A stretch of DNA of 64,000 bases from Minisyncoccota bacterium (GTDB taxonomy: Bacteria; Patescibacteriota; Minisyncoccia; Phycocordibacterales; UBA12079), in contig JAGLLX010000003.1 in assembly GCA_023140255.1 (NCBI GenBank), forward strand, positions 7,485 through 71,484, given 5' to 3'. Position 1 is the first letter of the stretch; every line of letters starts with the position of its first letter. The translations under genes were made by a program, and so were the position numbers. The notes under the pieces are model-generated. The model was not told where the DNA came from, did no database searches, and was given only the letters and a program-made list of their open reading frames with translations. This document shows, piece by piece, positions 27,631-35,332 of this stretch.

Positions 27631-28914
27631 TTATTTAATAGTTATTTCTCCATCTAACACTTGATATCCTGCTCCATTTGTGTCAGCATCAAAAGTTCTT
27701 CCTTCAGCAAAAACATATCCTAAAACATTTAGATTAACAGCATTATTAATAACAGCATAGCTTTCAATACCAGGGTTAGTGAAATTAAAATCTAAAAAAT
27801 AAGTGCCTTTATTGAGTTTTGGTAGTTTGATTTTTGCTGTAAGTGAGTATTCTCCAGGAGAAATTAAAAACACATTATTGGGGTTTGTATGTCCAGGAAC
27901 ATATACCGCTAAATGATTACCTAGTTTATCTTTTAGACAAGTTTCTAAAGTTAATTTATTTTTTTCTTTCATTCTAAGGTTAACTTTAATAGTTATGTTA
28001 GTGGGGAGGTTTGATATGGAAATATTTTTTTGAGGAGAATCATTGCAAGTTATTTTTTGCAACTCAATATTTTTGTTTTTATAAAGAATATTATCTGTTA
28101 TTTTTTTTGTTGATGAATTTTTTGATAGAGTATCTTCTTTCAAATAATCATTAATAACCTTTTTTGTTTCTCCTATCATTTTAATTTTACCTTCTTCAAG
28201 AAGGATACACCTTTTACATAGGTTTTGGACGGCGGTAAGATTGTGACTGACAAATAAAATTGTTCGTCCGGCTTGTTTAGTTACTTCATCCATTTTGCCG
28301 AGACATTTTTTTTGAAATTCTGCATCTCCAACAGCAAGGACTTCATCTACTAAAAGAATGTCAGGTTCCATATGAGCAGCTACTGAAAAACCAAGACGAA
28401 CTAACATCCCAGAAGAGTATCTTTTAACTGGAGTATCGATAAATTTTTCTACTCCTGAAAATTCTACAATAGCATCAAATTTTTTAGCAATTTCTTTTTT
28501 AGACATTCCTAATATGGCTCCATTAAGGAATATATTTTCTCGACCAGTTAGTTCTTGGTGAAAACCTGTTCCAACTTCTAATAGGGAAGCCACTTTTCCG
28601 TTCATTCTAATTTCTCCTGTTGTAGGGGGAGTAATGCCAGTAAGAATTTTAAGAAGAGTAGATTTTCCAGCTCCATTGGCTCCTATGATTCCAATAGCTT
28701 CTCCTTTTTGTACTTCAAAATTAATATCTTTTAATGCCCAAAATTCTTCTTTGGTTATTTTTCCTGTAATTTGTTTAGCTTTGTTTTTTAAAAAAGAAAA
28801 AGGTTTTTTAGCAATATCTGTTAATACATCCCTCATAGCGACGTAACCTCCTCGTTGATGAGTGATGGTATATTTTTTTGATATATTTTTTACTGTAATT
28901 ATAGAGTTATTCAT
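27631..28914 (-). CDS. Polysaccharide ABC exporter ATP-binding protein (Wzt/TagH-like) with a C-terminal carbohydrate-binding extension
   Basis: Walker A GANGAGKST, signature YSSGMLVRLGF, Walker B ILLVDEVLAVGD, followed by ~170 extra C-terminal residues. Confidence 0.8.
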   Translation of the reverse strand: MNNSIITVKNISKKYTITHQRGGYVAMRDVLTDIAKKPFSFLKNKAKQITGKITKEEFWALKDINFEVQKGEAIGIIGANGAGKSTLLKILTGITPPTTGEIRMNGKVASLLEVGTGFHQELTGRENIFLNGAILGMSKKEIAKKFDAIVEFSGVEKFIDTPVKRYSSGMLVRLGFSVAAHMEPDILLVDEVLAVGDAEFQKKCLGKMDEVTKQAGRTILFVSHNLTAVQNLCKRCILLEEGKIKMIGETKKVINDYLKEDTLSKNSSTKKITDNILYKNKNIELQKITCNDSPQKNISISNLPTNITIKVNLRMKEKNKLTLETCLKDKLGNHLAVYVPGHTNPNNVFLISPGEYSLTAKIKLPKLNKGTYFLDFNFTNPGIESYAVINNAVNLNVLGYVFAEGRTFDADTNGAGYQVLDGEITIK

Positions 28915-28926
28915 ATTTTTTATGTT

Positions 28927-29751
28927 TTAAACAATATCTGCAAAATATCTTTCTGTTTTTTTGAAAAAATAAAATCCTATTAATAAAATTATTAGGCAAG
29001 TTACTCCTGAAATTATCAGTAAAGTCCAGTTAATAGGAGCATTTCCTAGAAGGGCAGCTCTCATTGCTTTAATTACTCCTGTCATTGGGTTAAGGGCTAA
29101 AATCCAAGAATATTTTCCTGTGATACTTGCTGGATAAATTACGGGAGTAATAAACATCATCATTGAAATAAAGAAAGGTAAAACATAACGAACATCACGG
29201 TATTTAACATTAATCGAAGCTAAAAATAACCCTCCTCCAACCGAAGCCATAAAAGTAATTAAAAGAAGTAAGGGAATAATTAAAAGTCCAATTAGGTTTG
29301 GTGTATATTGATAATAAATCATCATTCCAATTAAGATAAATGAAGCTATGGCGAAATCAACAAATTTTGTAACAGTTGATGAAATGGGTAAAATTATTCT
29401 GGGAAAATATACCTTAGTTATTATGCCTTTATTTGCAATTAAGCAGTTGCTGACATCTGTTAAAGAAGCAGAGAAAAATTGCCAAATTAAAAGTCCTGTA
29501 TATACAAAGATAGGGTAAGGAATTCCGTCAGAAGGCATCTGAGCAAATTTACCAAAAAAAATTGTAAATACAACCATTGTCATAAATGGTTGAAATAAAG
29601 CCCAAAGAATTCCTATGGTTGTTTGCTTATATCTAACTTTGATGTCTCTCCATGTTAAAAAATATAGCAATTCTTTGTATTGCCAAATTTCTCTGAAATC
29701 GTTCCAATTGAAAGTTTTTTTTGGTTTGATTAATGTTAAATTGGTTTTCAT
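28927..29751 (-). CDS. ABC-2 type polysaccharide exporter permease (Wzm/TagG-like)
   Basis: Six predicted transmembrane helices, directly upstream of the ABC ATPase. Confidence 0.7.
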   Translation of the reverse strand: MKTNLTLIKPKKTFNWNDFREIWQYKELLYFLTWRDIKVRYKQTTIGILWALFQPFMTMVVFTIFFGKFAQMPSDGIPYPIFVYTGLLIWQFFSASLTDVSNCLIANKGIITKVYFPRIILPISSTVTKFVDFAIASFILIGMMIYYQYTPNLIGLLIIPLLLLITFMASVGGGLFLASINVKYRDVRYVLPFFISMMMFITPVIYPASITGKYSWILALNPMTGVIKAMRAALLGNAPINWTLLIISGVTCLIILLIGFYFFKKTERYFADIV

Positions 29752-29897
29752 TTTAATTCCTTTTTATTCCTCCAAGTATCAAGTTTTTATATGATTACTT
29801 AATCATACTAATTTATAGAGGGTTTTACAATAAAATCTAACGGCTCAACTCGTTGAGCCGTTGAAATTTTTGGCTTTTGATTTTATACTTATAGGAT

Positions 29898-30332
29898 ATG
29901 CAAAAAAAGAAATTTTTAATAGGGATTACAATTTTTATTTGGGTTATTTTTTTATTTGATTTTATAGCTCAAGTTTATTTTCTATATTGGCGATTTTGGT
30001 GGACTGATATAATCATGCATTTTATGGGAGGTTTTTGGGTAGCTTTGTTTGGTTATTATATTTTCTATCTTTCTGATTATAGAGAAAAACTAAAAACAAT
30101 AACTCAAAAATATTCATTATTAATAATTTCTTTTTCTTTTGTTCTAGGAATTGGAATTTTATGGGAACTTTTTGAATTAATTTTTGCTTTTCCTTTGAGA
30201 TATGGATATTTATTTGATACTGTTCTTGATTTAATTATGGATGTCTTTGGTTGTTTAGTAGCTTATCTTCTTGTTTTGAAAAAAGTAGGAATTAGTCAAA
30301 AGTCTATAAAGTCTATAAAGTCAAAAGTCTAA
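29898..30332 (+). CDS. Small integral membrane protein (VanZ-like?)
   Basis: Four hydrophobic helices. The C-terminal codons are formed by the GTCTATAAAGTC repeat (SIKSIKSKV). Confidence 0.35.
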   Translation: MQKKKFLIGITIFIWVIFLFDFIAQVYFLYWRFWWTDIIMHFMGGFWVALFGYYIFYLSDYREKLKTITQKYSLLIISFSFVLGIGILWELFELIFAFPLRYGYLFDTVLDLIMDVFGCLVAYLLVLKKVGISQKSIKSIKSKV

Positions 30333-30345
30333 ATTAATATATAAT

Positions 30346-31080
30346 ATGGATGAAAATAAAATACAAAAAGAATCACTCTCTTATATAAAAAGTCATAAAA
30401 AAGATCTTTTAGACTTTTTTACACAATCGGAAACGAACATTTTTGAAACGAAAACTAATTTTTTTATGGCAGGGTCTCCTGGTGCTGGTAAAACTGAGTT
30501 TGTAAAAAGATTAGAAATTATTAAAGATGAAATAGTTATTAAACCTTTTCATATTGATGCTGATATAATCAGAACTGAATTTTTAAAAGAATTTTATACA
30601 CCAACTAATATCAAAGAAGATATTCATGGAAATGCTCATTTTTTACAAGAAGCAACTACTAAAGGAATTGAAATTTTGTTAGATTATTGTTTTAAAGAAA
30701 AGATTTTATTTATGTTGGATGTTACTATGGGTGGAGAATTTAAAACAGCAGAGAAAAATATAACAAGATGTTTAAGTAAGAATATAGAACCTGTTATATT
30801 TTATTTATATCAAGATCCTTTGGTTGCATGGGATTATACAAAAAAGAGAGAAAAAATAGAAGGTAGAAATATATTGAAAAAGAATTTTATTCAACAATTC
30901 TTTAAATCTAGAGAAAACGTTAATTTACTAAAACAAAAATATAAAGAAAAAATAACTCTTAACGTAGTTGTTAAGAATTTCTTGAATCAAACTGAGAAAT
31001 ATTATCCAAATATTCAAAATGTTGATTTCTATGTGAAAGATGATTATAATAAAGATAAGTTAAATAGAGAATTAAAGTAA
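30346..31080 (+). CDS. P-loop kinase, zeta-toxin/AAA-like
   Basis: Walker A MAGSPGAGKTEFV and a downstream IDADIIR motif, in a zeta-toxin-like arrangement. Confidence 0.4.
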   Translation: MDENKIQKESLSYIKSHKKDLLDFFTQSETNIFETKTNFFMAGSPGAGKTEFVKRLEIIKDEIVIKPFHIDADIIRTEFLKEFYTPTNIKEDIHGNAHFLQEATTKGIEILLDYCFKEKILFMLDVTMGGEFKTAEKNITRCLSKNIEPVIFYLYQDPLVAWDYTKKREKIEGRNILKKNFIQQFFKSRENVNLLKQKYKEKITLNVVVKNFLNQTEKYYPNIQNVDFYVKDDYNKDKLNRELK

Positions 31081-31374
31081 TATGAAGTCAATTAAAAATT
31101 TTTTTGGAAAAGAAAAAACGAAAGATAAAGCTTTTCGCTGGTCTTCTATTTCTTCTAAAAGTCAAAAGAAAATAATAAGAAATGCTGCTTCAGGATCAAA
31201 TAAATTACAAAGAGATCTCTATAATAAAGCCAAGTTATTATCCTAATTAAAAATTAAAATGTAGAAAGTAGAAAGTAATAGTATTATTTCTAGAAAAATT
31301 TGCTTTCCGCCCAAGGCGGACAAGTGCAAACTTTTCTGCTTAATACCTAATACATAATACTTGATACTTAAACC

Positions 31375-32022
31375 ATGGATGAAAAAGGAATTATTTTAAA
31401 ACCAAAATTATGTATTTCAGGTGCAGCAGAAACTACCCATCTTAGCCCTGACGCTGTTGTTAAAACAGAAGAATTAGGAAGAGAAATTGCACGACAAGGG
31501 GGGATTGTGGTAACAGGTGCTACAACAGGACTACCATTATGGGGAGCTAAAGGAGCTAAAAGTGAAGGAGGTTTTTCTATTGGATTTTCTCCAGCAGATA
31601 CAGAAGCAGAACATTTAGGTTTTTATAAATTACCAACTGAGTATATGGATTTAATTATCTATACTGGTTTTGGTTATCCTGGGAGAGATTTGATTTTAAC
31701 TAAATCTGTTGATGCCGTATTTATTACTGCTGGTAGAGTAGGAACTATTCATGAATTTACTATTGCTTTTGAAGATAAAAAGCCAATGGGTATTTTACAA
31801 GGAGATTGGGCAACTGATGAGATTATTGAAACTATTTTAGAAAAAGCCCACCGTCCTAATGATAAAATAGTTTTTGATTCAGATCCAAAAACTTTAGTAG
31901 AAAAAGTATTAGCTTTGGTTGCAAAAGATAAGGAGGAAGTATATAAAAATTATAGTAAAGTAGATTTAAAGAAATCAGAAAGACCAGAAAAGATGGAAAA
32001 ACCTCTTTTGGATGTTGAATAA
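31375..32022 (+). CDS. LOG-family Rossmann-fold protein (TIGR00725-like)
   Basis: VTGATTGLPLWGAKGA and ITAGRVGTIHEF correspond to the LOG motifs GGGxxGLM and PGGxGTxxE. Confidence 0.5.
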   Translation: MDEKGIILKPKLCISGAAETTHLSPDAVVKTEELGREIARQGGIVVTGATTGLPLWGAKGAKSEGGFSIGFSPADTEAEHLGFYKLPTEYMDLIIYTGFGYPGRDLILTKSVDAVFITAGRVGTIHEFTIAFEDKKPMGILQGDWATDEIIETILEKAHRPNDKIVFDSDPKTLVEKVLALVAKDKEEVYKNYSKVDLKKSERPEKMEKPLLDVE

Positions 32023-32035
32023 ATATTCAAACAAA

Positions 32036-32071
32036 TAAAAAACAACGGGTCACTAGTGACCCGTTGTTTTT
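32036..32071. terminator. Bidirectional terminator (perfect palindrome) between the LOG-family gene and rel
   Basis: aaaaaacaacgggtcac-tag-tgacccgttgtttttt. Confidence 0.6.
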
Positions 32072-33588
32072 TATTTATTAGCTTCTTGAAGTTTTCTCAG
32101 GGTGGATTTGATATGCCGACGGGCCTCTGCTGTTTTTGCAATATCTAACCATTTTTTTGTAGGAGTAATAGTTTTTTTAGTCATAATATCAACTATATCT
32201 CCATTTTTTAATTTAGTATCTAAAGAAACTAATTTTCCGTGAACTTTTGCCCCGTGCATATGATTTCCGACATCTGAATGAATTGCAAAAGCAAAATCTA
32301 CAGGGCTAGAATCTGTGGGTAAATCAATAACATCTCCTTTGGGTGTAAAGACAAAAACTCTGTGTTCAAAAAAATCTTTTTTCAATTCTGAAATAAATTC
32401 TTGTCCGTCACTTTCTTCTGGATGTTTAGCTAAGTTCTTTATCCAAGCTGGAGCAGTGTTAGGGTTTTCTACTTTTTTATTTTTACTATCTAGACTATTT
32501 ATATTGGACAATAATCGTTTAACCCACATCTTAGGATCATTGGTATTCTCGTAGCTAATATCATTTTTATAAGATAAATGGGAAGCAATTCCATATTCAG
32601 CCTCTTTGTGCATTTCAGCTGTTCTTAATTGTATTTCAACGACATTCCCGAATCGAGTGAATACTGTAGTGTGTAAACTTTGATAACCATTAGGTTTAGG
32701 AAAGGCGATATAGTCTTTAATTCTTCCCGGCATAGGTCTTCTGAAATCGTGAATAATTCCTAGCACTTTATAACAATCATTTTTAGTAGGAACGATAATT
32801 CTTAGGGCAGCAATATCATAAATTTTATCAATATCCCAATGTTTCCTTTCTAGTTTCCTGTACAAACTATACATTCCTTTTATACGTGAATTACTTTGAA
32901 TATTTGTAATCCCTTCTCTAGCCAAGCGTTTTTTAATTGAACGGTCTATTTTTTTAAGAGAAATAATACTATCTTTTGTTTCTTCTCTCATTATTTCTGC
33001 AACTCTCTTATATTCTTTAGGATAAACATAAGGAAATGACAAATCTTCTAATTGTCGGTTTAAAACACCAATTCCTAAACGATAGGCTAGAGGTGCAAAA
33101 ATTTCTAGTGTTTCAGTTGCAATTCTAAGCTGTTTTTCTTTAGGAACAAATTCAAGAGTTCGCATATTGTGGATCCTGTCAGCAAATTTTATTATTAAAA
33201 CTCTAATATCTTCAGAAGAAGCCATGAATAATTTTCTAAGGCTTTCGGTATGTCTTTTTAATCCTTGGAATCTAATTTTTCCTAATTTGGTAACCCCTTC
33301 CACTAAAAGAGCAATATCATCTCCAAATTCTTCTTGAAGTTCTTCTTTTGTAGTAATTCCGTCTTCAACGACATCATGTAAAAGTCCTGCTGAAATAACA
33401 GTGGCTCCCATTCCTAATTGAGCCAGAATTTTTCCTGTTTCATAAACGTGATTAAAATAAGGTTCACCAGAATATCTTTTTTGACCAGAGTGAGCAGTCA
33501 CAGCAAAATTAAAAGCTTTTTCTAATAGCTTCATATCTTCTTTTGAAGGACTATCTATAAAAGAGATGATATCTTTGACTGTTTTCAT
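32071..33588 (-). CDS. rel: Bifunctional (p)ppGpp synthetase/hydrolase, short form (HD + synthetase + TGS; no ACT domain)
   Basis: HD domain HSGQKRYSGEPYFNHV...LHDVVED. Synthetase RIKDYIAFPKPNGYQSLHTTV. TGS domain at the C-terminus. Confidence 0.85.
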   Translation of the reverse strand: MKTVKDIISFIDSPSKEDMKLLEKAFNFAVTAHSGQKRYSGEPYFNHVYETGKILAQLGMGATVISAGLLHDVVEDGITTKEELQEEFGDDIALLVEGVTKLGKIRFQGLKRHTESLRKLFMASSEDIRVLIIKFADRIHNMRTLEFVPKEKQLRIATETLEIFAPLAYRLGIGVLNRQLEDLSFPYVYPKEYKRVAEIMREETKDSIISLKKIDRSIKKRLAREGITNIQSNSRIKGMYSLYRKLERKHWDIDKIYDIAALRIIVPTKNDCYKVLGIIHDFRRPMPGRIKDYIAFPKPNGYQSLHTTVFTRFGNVVEIQLRTAEMHKEAEYGIASHLSYKNDISYENTNDPKMWVKRLLSNINSLDSKNKKVENPNTAPAWIKNLAKHPEESDGQEFISELKKDFFEHRVFVFTPKGDVIDLPTDSSPVDFAFAIHSDVGNHMHGAKVHGKLVSLDTKLKNGDIVDIMTKKTITPTKKWLDIAKTAEARRHIKSTLRKLQEANK

Positions 33589-33696
33589 GTATATATAAAA
33601 TAACCTTTTTTTAGTAAAAAGTAAAATATAAATATAGGATTTGTTTGCTATTAAAGGCAGGTTGAAAACTCTTATATTTAATATATAATTGGGATT

Positions 33697-34446
33697 ATGA
33701 CTAAGTCAACAAAATTAGACGTGAAAGAAGGACATTTACACCTATTAACTCAGACTATTAAAAGATTTTCTGAAATTTTTTCTAAAATGGGTTTTGAAAT
33801 TACTGATGGACCAGAAATAGAAGATGAATATTATAATTTTGATGCTTTAAATATTCCTGCTGACCATCCTTCCAGAGATATGCAGGATACTTTTTGGCTA
33901 AAACCCGAAAATTTAAAAAAATTACTAAGAACCCAAACTTCTGGTGTGCAGGTTCGCTATATGGAAGAAAATCAACCTCCGTTGGCTATTATTGTTCCTG
34001 GAAAAGTTTTCCGAAACGAAGCTACTGACGCAACTCATGATGCTCAATTTCATCAATGTGAAGGTTTGGTTGTTGGAGAAAATATTACCTTGGCAAATTT
34101 AAAGGGAACTTTAGAAAATGTCCTCCGAGAATTTTTTGGGGAAGATGTTATTATCCGTCTTCGCCCTGGATATTTTCCGTTTGTAGAACCCGGAGTTGAA
34201 ATTGATATGGTTTGTTTTAAATGTGGTGGAAAAGGTTGTCCATCTTGTTCATATAGTGGTTGGATTGAAATTTTAGGAGCAGGAATGGTTCATCCAAAAG
34301 TTTTAAATGCAGTAGGAATTGATTCTCGTAAATATCAAGGTTTCGCCTTTGGTGTTGGTATTGATAGAATTATTATGCTTAAGTACGGGATAGATGATAT
34401 CAGACGACTTTATTCAGGAGATTTAAGATTGATTAATCAGTTTTAA
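33697..34446 (+). CDS. pheS: Phenylalanine--tRNA ligase alpha subunit (short, catalytic core only)
   Basis: Class II motifs [19 protein letters not shown] and [13 protein letters not shown]. There is a Zn-ribbon-like [12 protein letters not shown] insertion. Confidence 0.8.
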   Translation: MTKSTKLDVKEGHLHLLTQTIKRFSEIFSKMGFEITDGPEIEDEYYNFDALNIPADHPSRDMQDTFWLKPENLKKLLRTQTSGVQVRYMEENQPPLAIIVPGKVFRNEATDATHDAQFHQCEGLVVGENITLANLKGTLENVLREFFGEDVIIRLRPGYFPFVEPGVEIDMVCFKCGGKGCPSCSYSGWIEILGAGMVHPKVLNAVGIDSRKYQGFAFGVGIDRIIMLKYGIDDIRRLYSGDLRLINQF

Positions 34447-34450
34447 TTAT

Positions 34451-34756
34451 ATGAAAAAATATCAAGAACAAGTAAATAAATGGTTTGAAGAAAAAGGTTG
34501 GGATTATTGGGAACCTTTAGCTATTACCACTAGATTATTTGAAGAATGTGGTGAGTTTGCGAGAGAGGTTAATCATATTTATGGTCCTAAAAAGAAAAAA
34601 TTAGAAGAGAAAAAGAAAGATGTTGAGGATGAAATGGGAGATATAATTTATACTTTAATTTGTTTTGCTAATTCTCACGATATAGATTTAGGAGAAGCAG
34701 TTCAAAAAAGTATAGATAAAGTCGCTGACAGAGACAAGGACAGATATAAAAAATAA
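34451..34756 (+). CDS. MazG-like nucleoside triphosphate pyrophosphohydrolase (small all-alpha NTP-PPase)
   Basis: EExxE and ExExxD metal motifs: LFEECGEFAREV and VEDEMGDIIY. Confidence 0.65.
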   Translation: MKKYQEQVNKWFEEKGWDYWEPLAITTRLFEECGEFAREVNHIYGPKKKKLEEKKKDVEDEMGDIIYTLICFANSHDIDLGEAVQKSIDKVADRDKDRYKK

Positions 34757-34757
34757 T

Positions 34758-35264
34758 ATGCAAATTAATAATAGAACTAAGGTTTATATAGATGGAGCAA
34801 ATTTATACAGAGGATCAAAGTCTCTTGAATGGAAATTTGATTATAAAAATTTCTACATATGGCTTAGTGAAAATTTTAAGACAGAAGAGATTTATTTTTT
34901 TATTGGTTTTGTTGAAGATCAAAAAAAATTATATAGTTTTTTAGAAAAAATTGGGTATAAAATTATTTTTAAGAAAACCTTAAAGTCTAAAGGAAAAATA
35001 AAAGGTAATTGTGATGCGGAATTAGTTTTAAAAGCAGTAGTTGATATTTTTAGAGAAGAATTTGATGATTTTGTTTTAGTATCTAGTGATGGAGACTTTG
35101 CTTGTTTATTAGAATTTGTTAGAGATGAAAATAAAGAGGTTACGGTAATATCTCCATCAAAAAAGCTTTCTTATTTGATAAGACGGTTACAGTGTGAAAT
35201 TACCTATTTAGATAGTTTGAGAAAGAAATTAGACAAAAAGAAAAGGCCCCTAAATGGAAACTAA
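34758..35264 (+). CDS. NYN (LabA-like, PIN-related) domain ribonuclease
   Basis: KVYIDGANLYRG and VLVSSDGDFACLLEF match the conserved acidic motifs of NYN domains. Confidence 0.65.
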   Translation: MQINNRTKVYIDGANLYRGSKSLEWKFDYKNFYIWLSENFKTEEIYFFIGFVEDQKKLYSFLEKIGYKIIFKKTLKSKGKIKGNCDAELVLKAVVDIFREEFDDFVLVSSDGDFACLLEFVRDENKEVTVISPSKKLSYLIRRLQCEITYLDSLRKKLDKKKRPLNGN

Positions 35265-35332
35265 CTACCACCGGGTCCTTTTCATGGTTATATTAATATA
35301 ATAACATTAGTTAAGAAAAAAGCAATAAAATT

